From positions 36,768,001 through 36,832,000 of the forward strand of contig CM059432.1 in NCBI GenBank assembly GCA_030390025.1: 64,000 nt of DNA, written 5' to 3'. This stretch comes from Squalus acanthias (lineage: Eukaryota). Shown here in pieces: positions 23,822 to 35,068 of the stretch; position 1 is the first letter of the stretch; each line of letters begins with the position of its first letter. The notes beneath the pieces are model-generated. The model ran no database searches. It was given only the letters and a program-made list of their open reading frames with translations, and was not told where the DNA came from. The translations under genes were made by a program, and so were the position numbers.

Positions 23822-24606
23822 ACAATAGCAAAATACTGCGGATGCTGGAAATCTGAAATAACAACAGAAAATGCTGGAAACACTCAGCAGGTCAGGCAGC
23901 ATTGAGGAGAGAGAAACAGAGTTAACGTATCGAGTCGGGGACCCTTCGTCAGAACTGGAAAAGGTTAGAGAAGAGAGATTTTTAAGCAGGGGCAGGGAGG
24001 AGGGGAAGAACAAAGGGAAGGTCTGTGATAGGATGGAAGGCAGGAGAGATTAAAAGACAAAAGGGATGATGGTGCAAGGCAAAAGGAGATGGTAATGGAA
24101 CAAGTTAAGAAACAAAAGATGACTCTAGATGAGGTGTGAATGATGAAGGCAGTAACATTAACAGCTACCATGAGAGAAAACAAGAGAAAAAATATATAAA
24201 GAAATACAGGGGCCGAGGTTATGGTCTGAAATTGTTGAGCTCGATGTTGAGTCCAGAAGGTTGTAAAGTGCCTAATAGAAAGATGAGGTGCTGTTCCTCG
24301 AGCTTACGTTGAGCTTCGTTGGAACAATGTAAGAGGCCGAGAACGGAGAGATCAGAGTGGGAGTGGAGCAGAGAATTAAAGTGACAGGCGACCGGAAGCT
24401 CGGGGTCATGCTTGCGGACTGAACGGAGGTGTTCCGCAAAGCGGTCACCCAATCTGCGTTTGGTTTCCCCAATGTAGAGGAGACCGCATCGTGAGCAGCG
24501 AATACAGTATACTAAATTGTAAGAAGTCCAAGTAAATCGCTGTTTCACTTGGAAGGGGTGTTTGGGGCCCTGGACGGTGGGAAGGGAGGAGGTAAAAGGG
24601 CAGGTG
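23822..24606 (-). mobile_element. Penelope-like element family A, 5'-truncated, GIY-YIG endonuclease domain
   Basis: ORF 24219-24548 NLVYCIRCSRCGLLYIGETKRRLGDRFAEH...GLN; terminal region with mutated hammerhead (GAUA) at 23920-23956. Confidence 0.93.
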
Positions 24607-24683
24607 TGAAGGCCTTAGAGATGGTGCAGTAAAGCTTTACAAGAATAGTTCCAGGGATGAGCGACTTCAGTTACGTGGATAGA

Positions 24684-27600
24684 GTCATATTGGCACAGGA
24701 GGCCGCCATTCGGCCCATCGAGTCCGTGCTGGCTCACTGTAGGGCAATCCAGTCAGTCCCGTTCCCCCGCTCTATCCCCGTAGCCCTGCAAGGTTATTTC
24801 CCTGAAGTGCCTATCCAGTCTCCCCTTGAAAATATTGAGTGTTTCCGCTTCCACCACGTCCGTCGGCAGCGAGTTCCAGGTCCTCACCACTTTCTGCGTA
24901 AAAAAGATTATCCTCACATCCCCACTATATCTCTTGTCCAAAACCTTAAATCTGTGTCCCCTAGTCCTTGTACCATCAACTAGTGGGAACAGCCTTTCCC
25001 TGTCGAGCCTATCCAAACCTGTCAGAATCTTGTACACGTATATTAAATCATCCCGCAACCTCCTTTGCTCCAATGAAAACAAATCCAGCTTCTCCAACCT
25101 GTCCTGGTAAATCTCCTCTGCACCCTCTCAAGGGCCTTCCTGAAGTGTGGTGACCAGAACTGGATGCAATATTCCAGTTGTGGCCTAACCAGCGCTTTAT
25201 AAAGGTTCAGCATAACTTCTCTACTTTTATACTTAATACCTCTATTTATGAAACCCAAGATCCCACATGCTTTGCTAAACACTCTCTCAATATGTTCTGC
25301 CACCTTCAGGGACCTATGCACATTAACTCCCAGGTCCCTCTGTCCCTGCACACTCTTCAAAACTGTGCCATTAAGTATATATTGCCTCTCCCTGTTCCTT
25401 CTGCCAAAATGCATCACCTCACACTTCTCTGTATTAAATTCCATTTGCCACTTGTCTGCCAGCCTTTCTATATCCTGTTGCAGTCGATTGGTATCATCCT
25501 CACTGTTTGCCACACCCCCAAGTTTGGTGTCAGCGGCAAATTTAGAAATTCTACTCTGTATTGCAATATCCAGGTCACTTATATATATAAAAAAAAAAGC
25601 AGTGGCCCCAGCACTGAGCCTTGGGGAACACCACTGTCTACCATCCTCCAGTCTGAAAAACAGCCATTTACCACAACTTGCTGTTTTCTGTCCTTAAGCC
25701 AATTCCTTATCCAAGCTGCCACTGACCCACCTATTCCGTGAGCCTCAATTTTGTTAACCAGCCTTCTATGTGGTACTTTGTCAAATGCCTTCCTAAAATC
25801 CATGTAGACAACATCCATTGCATTCCCTTCATCGATCCTCCCTGTTACTTCATCAAAAAATTCAATTAGATTAGTCAAACATGATCTGCCTGTAACAAAT
25901 CTGTGTTGGCTCTCCTTAATTAGCTTAAACCTCTCCAAGTTCCCATTAATTTTTTCCTTGATTATTGTTTCTAAAACTTTACCCACCACTGATGTTAAAC
26001 TGACCGGCTTGTAGTTAGTTACTAGGATTGTTCTTGCACCCTTTCTTGAACAATGGTGTCACATTTGCCACTTTCCAATCCTCAGGCACCTCCCCCGCAT
26101 TTAGGGAAGATTGGAAAATTATGGCAAGCCCTTCCGCTATCTCCTCCCCCAATTCCCTTAGCAATCTGGGATGCAAGCCATCCGGACCAGGCGACTTATC
26201 CACTCTAAGCATACCCATCCTTTCACGTACATCCTGTCTATCAATTTTCACCCTTTCCATTGCTTCTATCATTTCCACTTCTACCGATATTTTGTCTGCA
26301 TCCCGCTCCTTAGTAAACACCGATACAAAGTACTCATTGAGTATTCTAGCCTTGCCCCGCGCCTCTAAGCATATAACACCTTCTTTGTCGCTAATAGGCC
26401 CCACCCGCCTCTTATTACCCGCTTACTGTTTACATGCCGGTAGAAGATTTTTGGGTTCCCTTTTATGTTAACCGCCATTCTACTCTCATATTCTCTCTTT
26501 GCCAATCTTATTTTCATCTTCACATCCCCTCTCAACTTATTGTATTTGGTCTGGTTCTCCCTTGAAGAATTCACCTGACATGCATCATACACCCTCTTTT
26601 TTTGTTTCATCGTCTTCTCTAACTCCCTCGTCATCCAAGGAGCCCTTGCTTTGGTTCCCTTACCCATCCCTCTTGTTGGAATGTACCTAGCCTGTACTTG
26701 GAACATCTCCTCCTTAAAGATCACCCATTGTTCCGTTACAGTTTTTCCTGTCAGTCTTTGGTTCTATTTTACCGTGGCTAGATCCCTTTGCATCCCATTG
26801 AAGTGAGCCCTATTCCAGTTTAAAAGTTCCAACTCTAGATTGTTCCTTGCACCTCTCCATTGCTAATCTAAATCTTTCGATACAATGATCGCACGCAAGT
26901 GTTCTCCCACAGACACTTGGTCGACCTGGCCCACCTCATTCCCCAGCACCAGATCCAGCAATGCCTCCTTCCTAGTTAGGCCAAGAACATACTGGTCAAG
27001 GAAATTCTCCTGAACACATTTCAGAAATTCCTCCCCCTCCTTTCCCTTTACCCTAGCATTATCCCAATCGATATTTGGGTAATTAAAGTCCCCCAGTATC
27101 ACCACTCTATAGCTCTTGCACATCTCTGCGATGTCCCTGCAGATTTGCTCCTCTACCTCCCTCTCACTATTTGGAGGCCCACAGAATACCCCAAATAGCG
27201 TGATCATACCCTTTTTGCTCCTCAACTCTAACCAAATGGATTCTGTCCTTGTTCCCTCAAGAACATCCTCCCTTTCCAACACTACAATGTCTTCCTTAAT
27301 CAGGATGCGGAGATGCCGGTGTTGGACTGGGGTGGACAAAAGTGAGAAGTCGCACAACACCAGGTTATAGTCCAACAGCTTTATTTGAAATCACAAGCTT
27401 TCGGAGCGCTGCTCCTTTGTCAGGTGAAGTGAAGAAATACAAATGGGCACAGCATATATAGACAGAGAACAATGCCTGTGCAGAGAACAATGCCAGACAA
27501 CTACAGTTAATCTTTCTAACTGCCCTTTATCACACCTCGGCAGAGAGACAATCACGGCAATCAAATTCCTTAATCAGCACTGCCACCCCACCCCCCTTTT

Positions 27601-27850
27601 TTCCTTCCTTATCTTTTCTGAACACCTTGTACCCTTGAATATTAAGTGCCCAGTCCTCACCGTTTTTAAGCCACGTTTCCGTTATTGTCACATCATCATA
27701 TTGCCACACGGCTAATTGTGCTTGTAGCTCACCAACCTTATTCACCACACCTTGTGCGGTTACGCACATGCATTCTAAACCCATTTTTGAATTTTTCGTA
27801 GTCTTTCTTACTCTGCTCCTATCTAATGTGGTACTACTTCCGCCTCTAGT
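24684..27850 (-). mobile_element. CR1 LINE ORF2 (EN plus RT), degraded
   Basis: ITETWL, GDFNYP, DLVL, KSPGPDG, DFRKAFDKVPH, PQGSVLGP and RPQLEYCIQFWSP motifs. Confidence 0.92.
27304..27565 (-). mobile_element. Penelope-like family B terminal fragment
   Basis: Ends ccaccccagtccaacaccggcatctccgcatc; 12-bp TSD ttccttaatcag at 27292-27303 and 27566-27577; hammerhead with CUGACAA at 27391-27427. Confidence 0.85.
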
Positions 27851-27919
27851 ACTACTTTCTTCTCTAGTACTATCCTGGTCTAATCTGGTTCTGTAACTTC
27901 CAGAGAGCTCACTTATTTA

Positions 27920-29065
27920 AATCTCAGCAGTATAAATAAGGGAGGCGAGAGTTTGTCACGGGAGTGCAGCTCGGAACAGGGTGTAAACCTGTGAGTTTGG
28001 TGAGTTCGTGAGTTTGGGGAGGGAGGTGCTCCTTTCTTTTTCTATCTTTGCCAGCCTCCAGGAGAGCAGGAGTTAAAAAGCTGCACGAGAGGGGACAGAA
28101 AACCAGCGGGAATTCAGCTCTGTGACACCCCCCAACCGCATTCAGAGAAAAATAAAAGGTGACATCACGGAAAAGGTAAGTGATTGATTGGTTGGTGAGT
28201 ATTTTGCTCACTTCTCTTATCTTTTAAAGCCCAGGAAATGTATGAGTAATTGTAAGGTTTCATTAGTATTAGTAAAGTTTACTAGCAGTAATAAATTTTA
28301 TTGGGTGTAGTAGGGTTCATAAAAATAAATTAATTAAGACTCAATAAAGATGCCAGGGCAGGTGATGTGTTGCGACTGCAGTATGTGGGAGCTCCTGGAT
28401 GCCAGTGTGATCCAGGATGAACACGTCTGCGGTAAGTGTCTGCGGCTCGAGGAGCTTCGGCTCAGAGTTGATGAGCTGGAGCCGAGCTGCGGACACATGA
28501 TGCATCAGGGAGGGGGAAAGTTACCTGGACACTTTATTCCAGGAGGCATTAGGATAGGGTCTTCTGATTTGGTCAGTGGTCAGGAACAGAAGGATGTGAC
28601 TGCGAGTGAGGCAGGTATGGGGACCCAGGAGGTGGAGGAGCCTCAGCCTTTGCAATTGTCCAACAGGTTTGAGGTTCTTGCGGCCTGTATGGATGAAAGC
28701 GGTGGCTGCAGCGTGGATGAGCAAACTGGTCATGGCACCGAGGTATAGGAAACCATTCAAGCGGGGGGGAGTTAATAGGAATGTAGTGGTAATAGGGGAC
28801 AGCATAGTCAGGGGGATAGATACAGTTCTCTGCGGCCAAGAGCGAGAGTCCAGACGGCTGTGTTGCCTGCCCAGTGCCAGGGTTCGGGACATCTGGTCTG
28901 TGCTGGAGAGGAACTTGCAGTGAGAGGGGGAGGAGCCAGTGGCCGTGGTCCACGTAGGTACCAACGACATAGGTAGAACTAGGAAAGAGGTTCTGCTGAG
29001 AGAGTATGAGCAGCTAGGGACTAAATTAAAAAGCAGAACCTCAAGGGTAATAATGTCTGCATAAT
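27920..29065 (+). mobile_element. CR1 5' end: 5' UTR plus ORF1 (Zn finger/leucine zipper and SGNH esterase)
   Basis: MPGQVMCCDCSMWE...VCGKCLRLEELRLRVDELE, LSNRFEVL, VIGDSIVRG, HVGTNDIG. Confidence 0.88.
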
Positions 29066-29420
29066 AATGTCTGGCTTGTACAGGTCCCACCTTCCCCAGA
29101 AACGGTCCCAATGCCTCAGGAATCTAAAGCCCTCCCTCCTGCACCATCTCTCCAGCCACGTATTCATCTGTTCTATCCTCCTATTCCTGTACTCACTAGT
29201 ACATGGCACTGGGAATAATCCAGAGAATACTACCTTTGAGGTCCTGCTTTTTAATCTCTCTCCTAGCTCCCTAAACTCTGCCTGCAGGACCTCAGCCCTC
29301 TTTCTGCCGATGTAATTGGTACCGATATGGACAACGACCTCTGGCTGTTCACCCTCCCCCCCTCAAGAGTGTCCTGCAGCCGCTCAGTGACATCCTTGAC
29401 CCTAGCACCAGGGAGGTAAC
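29066..29420 (-). mobile_element. CR1 ORF1 (SGNH) fragment
   Basis: LPGARVKDVTERL...MNTWLERWCRREGFRFLRHWDRFWGRWDLYKPD. Confidence 0.85.
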
Positions 29421-29834
29421 ATAGACTGGAGAAGCTGAGGTTGTTCTCCTTAGAGCAGAGAAGGTTGAGAGGAGATTTGATAGAGGTGTTCGAAATCGTG
29501 AGGGGTCTAGACAGAGCAGAGAGAGAAACTGTTCCCATTGGCAGAAGGGTCAAAACCAGAGGACACAGATTTAAGGTGATTGGCAGAAGAACCAAAGGGG
29601 CCATGAGGAAAAACTTTTTTACGCAGTGAGTGGTTAGGATCTGGAATTCACTGCCTGAAAGGGTGGTGGAGGCAGATTCAATCGTGGCTTTCAAAAGAAT
29701 TGGATAAGTACCTGAAGGAAAAAAATTTGCAGGGCTATGGGGAAAGGGACTAGCTGAAGTGCTCTTGCAGAGAGCTAGCACTGGCTTGACGGGCCGAATG
29801 GCCTACTTCTGGCTGTAACCATTCTATGATTCTA
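29421..29834 (+). mobile_element. CR1 3' end (continuation of plus-strand CR1 pieces at 23777-23821 and 24606-24683)
   Basis: ttacgtggataga resumes as atagactggagaagctg; FSLEQRRLRGDLIEVF; (attctatg) tail. Confidence 0.82.
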
Positions 29835-31169
29835 TAAATCTCTTCTGCACCCTCTCCAAGGCCTTGACTAAAGTGTGATGCCTAGAATTGAACACAATAC
29901 TCCAGTTGAGGCCTAACCAGTGTTTTTTAAAGGTTTAGCATAACTCCCTTGCTTTTGTACTCTATTCCTCTATTAATAAAGCGAAGGATCCCATATGCTT
30001 TTTTAACAGGCTTCTCAACTTGTTCTGCCACCTTCAAAGATTTGTGTACGCACTCGCCCAGGTGTCTCTGTTTCTGCAGCCCCTTTAAAATTGTACCAAT
30101 AAGGTCTATATGTGACTCCAGTCCCACACCAACATGGTTGACTCTTAACTGCCCTCTGAACTGGCATTGCTGCTACAAAGATTTACAAGAATAAAACCAA
30201 ACGGACTACAGCGGTTCAAGAAGGTGGCCTACCATCACCGTCTCAAAGTCAACTAAGGAGGGAAGCCGATGTTGGCCTTGCCAGACAACTACATCTCTGG
30301 AATGAAAAAAAAACATGCAAATGTACAATACAGAGGTAGGCAATTAGGTAACTTAATTCTGAGTCTACAGGAAGTACAAAGTGCTGCAGTTGCAACAAAA
30401 AATATTTTGAGTAGCATTCATATTATTTAGACAGATTTGAAAGAAATCATTTGGATATCTGCCTACGTAGCCATTAACCAGAAGAATGAGTCTTAACTTC
30501 GTCTAATGGGTCATGACCAGGTGAACAGGTAAACCACGTAAGTTAATAATCAACCTATTTAGCCATACATTCATTCCTTTGTCATGAGCTTACCGGCTTT
30601 TATTGAAAAATCAGAATCACTCACACAGTCAATTATTCTCGATCCAGTCATGCAGTCAAGCATAGGATTTGGGCACTTAATTTTGAGATAAACTAAACTC
30701 AAAATGACCCCCAAGACAAGTGGAATTCATAAAGAAATAAGCCCATTAGGGAAACCAGCAGGCCATCAAAAGCAACTCCTTTACTCTAATGATTCCTGCA
30801 AAATAAAACCATAGCAGTATTTTCTCTAAAGTGGCACTGCATTCTGTCTCCAAATAACTCTACAAATCAAATATATGGCACATCAACCCCAATTAGAGAA
30901 CCCCACTGCAATAAACTGCTGCTCCACTACAGTCGCGAGCAGAAAGGATTGCAAACTTCCAGTCAAACCAATTCCATCTGCTTTGTTTCTATAAAGTACC
31001 CACATAGGGCACTGCACCACAGCTTCACTGAGCATCTGATTATTATTTCAAATGACTTGTATTTCTACAATGGTCATCATGTGCAAATTAGAGCATTTTA
31101 TAGAGAGAAAGAGAAAAAGGATACACGAGCAGAAGAGCAAAGGGGAAACGGAAAAGATAAGGATGAGGC

Positions 31170-31690
31170 CTGAAGAAACATTGAAGGAGAAGGGTCTTTA
31201 AGGCGGCTTTTGAAAGGTGGGAGAGAAGTAGCAAGGCGGAGGGATTTAATGAGTACTACCAAGGACATTGTGACTGAAAAGAGCAGAGGGAGTGAGGAAA
31301 AAGGAATAAATTAGTGTTGGAGAAGTAGAGGAAGTGTGCATGAAATTATGGTTGGGTGAGGGGAGGCCGTTAATTTGAAAGGGCAAGGATCTTAAAATCA
31401 CCAGTAAGGAATGGTAGCCATTGGAGGTTGGCAAACACAGGAGGGTGGGTCTCTGTGTTGGTGAAGAAGCAAATTGTGGTATTGATTGAAATGGAATTTG
31501 TGGGCATGAGGACAATGGCTCGGAGAGTTCTGATGTAATAAAGGCATAGATTATAGTTTTGGCTGCGGTAAGGGAGAGGCAGGGGTGAAGAAAGGCAATG
31601 TAGCAAAGCTGGAAGTATTGGTAATGGAACAGTCGTGGAGAAGGAAGCTCAGCTCAGGCTTCAGCAGTAGCCCAAGATTTAATCTTCCCA
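31170..31690 (-). mobile_element. L2 LINE 3' fragment, old
   Basis: Minus strand THPPVFANLQWLP...FKIL remnant and L2-type 3' region. Confidence 0.6.
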
Positions 31691-32074
31691 ACATAGCCTG
31701 AGATGCCACAGATGGTGTCAAGAACAGGGAAACTGTCTCCAGATATATCCGTAACTGAGCGGAAAAGCAGATCCTGTGCTATTTCTACTGAGGTGAAATC
31801 CCAGCTTCTTTAACTTGCCGACCTGTGTTAAGTTCTAAGATGCAGCTAATATGAGCCAGGTATCTTGGCAAGTGTAGGTGTGAACATGCTATAGTCCAAG
31901 GCTGTCACGACTGACAAGTGATTATAAACAATCCGAGCGCAATCCTTCTACGCTGAACAGATGCATAGCAATCCAGAGGGGTCATTTTAAAACTGTATTT
32001 GGCCCTGGTCAGACCACAACTGGAGCACTGAGCACAGTTTTGGCCTCCCTATTTCAAAAATGATATTCAGTTAT

Positions 32075-34205
32075 TGGTGGATAGGCAATGGCAAACATTC
32101 AAAGACCGCATGGACGAACTACAGAATTTGTTCACCCCAGTTTGGCATAAGAATAAAACAAAAAGGGTGACTCAACCGTGGCTAACAAGGGAAATTAGGG
32201 ATAGCATAAGATCCAAGGAGAGGGCATATAAATTGGCCAGAAAAAGCAGTAACCCTGAGGATTGGGAGCAGTTTAAGATTCAACAAAGGAGGACAAAGAG
32301 ATTAATTAAGAAGGGGAAAATAGAATACGAGAGTAAGCTTGCAGGGAACATAAAAACTGACTGTAAAAGCTTTTATAGATATGTGAAGAGGAAAAGATTA
32401 GTGAAATCAAGCATAGGTCCCTTGCAGTCAGAATCAGGGGAACTTATAATGGGGAACAAAGAAATGTCAGACCAATGAAATACATATTTTGGTTCTGTCT
32501 TCACAAAGGAGGACACAAATAACCTCCCAGAGATGTTGGGGAACATAGGGTCTGATGAAAGGGAGGAACTGAAAGAAATCAGTATTTGTAGGGAAATGGT
32601 GTTAGGGAAATTGAAGGGATTGAAGGCCGATAAATCCCCAGGGCCTGATAATCTACATCCTAGGGTACTTAAGGAAGTTGCCCTAGAAATAGTAGATGCA
32701 TTGCTGATCATCTTCCAACATTCGATGGAATCTAGAACAGTACCCATGGATTGGAGGGTAGCTAATGTTACCCCACTATTCAAAAAGGGTGGTAGAGAGA
32801 AAACGGGGAATTACAAGCCTGACATCGGTAGTGGGGAAAATGCTAGAGTCCATTATAAAAGATGTAATAGCTGAGCACTTGGAAAACAGTGACAGGATCA
32901 GACAAAGTCAACATGGATTTACAAAAGGTAAATCATGCTTGACTAATCTCCTGGAATTTTTTGAGGATGTAACTGGTAAAATAGATAAGGGAGAACCAGT
33001 GGATGTGGTGTATATGGACTTCCAAAAGGCTTTTGATAAGGTCCCGCATAAGAGATTAGCGTGTAAAGTTAAGGCACATGGGATTGGGGGCAAGGTATTG
33101 ACTTGGATAGAGAACTGGTTGGCAGACAGAAAGCAACGAATTGGAATAAACGGGTCTTTTTCCAAGTGGCAGGCAGTGACTAGTGGGGTACCGCAGGGAT
33201 CGGTCCTTGGACCCCAGCTATTCACAATATATATTAATGATCTAGACAAGGGAACTAGATGTAATATCTCCAAGTTTGCAGATGACACAAAACTGGGTGG
33301 GCGTGTGTGCTGCGAGGAGGATGCCGAGAAACTCCAGGATGATTTGGACAGGTTGGGTGAGTGGGCAGAAGCGTGGCAGATGCAATATAACGTGGATAAA
33401 TGCGAGGTTATCCACTTTGGTGTCAAAAACAGAAAGGCAGATTATTATCTGAATGGCAATAAATTGGGAGAAGGGGAAGTGCAACGAGACCTGGGTGTCC
33501 TTGTGCACCAGTCGCTGAAGGTAAGCATGCAGGTGCAGCAGGCGGTTAAGAAGGCAAATGGTATGTTGGCCTTCATAGCGAGAGGGTTTGAGTACAGGAA
33601 CAAGGATGTCTTGCTGCAGTTGTACAGGGCCTTTGTGAGACCACACCTTGAGTAGTGTGTGTAGTTTTGGTCGCCTTATCTGAGGAAGGATGTTCTTGCC
33701 ATGGAAGGAGTTCAGCGAAAATTCACAAGGCTGATACCTGGGATGGCAGGAATGACGTACGAAGAGAGATTGGGTCGATTGGGCTTATACGCGTTGGAGT
33801 TTAGAAGAATGAGAGGGGATCTCATTGAAACTTATAAAATTCTGACAGGACAGGACAAACTAGATGCAGGAAGGATGTTCCCAATGGTCAGGGAGTCCAG
33901 AACCAGGGGTCACAGTCTAAGGATAAGGGGTAAGCCATTTAGGACAGAAATGAGGAGGAATTTCTTCACCCAGAGAGTGGTGAACCTGTGGAATTCTCTG
34001 CCACAGAAGGCAGTAGAGGCCAATTCATTAAATAGATTCAAGAAGGAGTTGGATATATTTCTTAAGGCTAAAGGGATCAAGGGATATGGGGAGAAAGCAG
34101 GGACAGGGTACTGAATTTGGATGATCAGCCATGATCGCATTGAATGGCGGAGCAGGCTAGAGGGGCCGAATGGCCTACTCCTGCTCCTATCTTCTACGAT
34201 TCTAT
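32075..34205 (+). mobile_element. CR1 LINE, 5'-truncated, inserted into an older CR1 (about 31990-32074 and 34206-34670)
   Basis: 296-aa RT frame (QHGF, DFQKAFDKVPH, PQGSVLGP, FADD) plus 3' UTR; the flanking old CR1 frame resumes at tggaggaggtacagagaagg. Confidence 0.93.
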
Positions 34206-35068
34206 GGAGGAGGTACAGAGAAGGGCCACAAGGTTGATCCGAGAACTCAAAGGAATGACATACGAGGAAAGATGGATTACTCTGGGAATTTTCTCTCTTG
34301 AAAAGGGAAGACTGAGGGGACATGATGGAATTGTTTAGAATTATGAAAAGTTTGGACATATTGGATCCAAGTAAGTTTTTCTGCTGCGTACAAAATTTAA
34401 GCACAAGGGAACATATTTACCAATTGAGAACAAAAGAAAACAGGAAATATGGGAGGAACTGTTTTTTAAAAAACTAAGAGGGTGGTAAGTATGTGGAACC
34501 AATTACCGACACGGGTGATGGAACAAGAAACTTTAATGGGTCTCAAGAAGGAACTGGACAGGTTCTTGTCAACATATGAGATTCAGGGTTATTAGAAAGG
34601 CACCAAGGGAATACTGTGGATAGGTGGGCTAGATGGACTGAAGATCTTCTCCTGCCTGACATTGTTACTATGCAGCTTCGAGAACATTTAACCACACAAC
34701 CGTATCTAGCACAAAGACACATGTCCTCGAGTTGGCAGCTGCCAAATCAGCTGAATGTTATCAGTTCAAGACCTTTGGGTATATTCTGTGACAGACCATC
34801 TGTCCAACTAGCATAAAGAGGCTCAATTCTGAACAACTTTAAAAAAAACAAATATTCATTGCTTCCTCTTGTTCAATTGTTTTTGATAATGTAATTTATT
34901 TAAAAAAGTCATTTTTTCAGGCACCCCGTCCTCTACTGAAGAAAGTATAAACTACAAACAAGACAAGCAAACAAAGATTTGGATTTTTATACATTTTCCC
35001 ACATTACAACAGTGACTACACTTCAAAAGTACTTAATTGGCTGTAAAGCGCTTTGAGACGTCCGGTGG

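Larger units (their letters stand above)
23302..30100 (-). mobile_element. CR1 3' fragment (23302-23776 plus 29836-30100) hosting a 6-kb nest
   Basis: ccattctagtaaat resumes as aaatctcttctgcaccctctcc; TSD taaat at 23772-23776 and 29835-29839. Confidence 0.8.
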
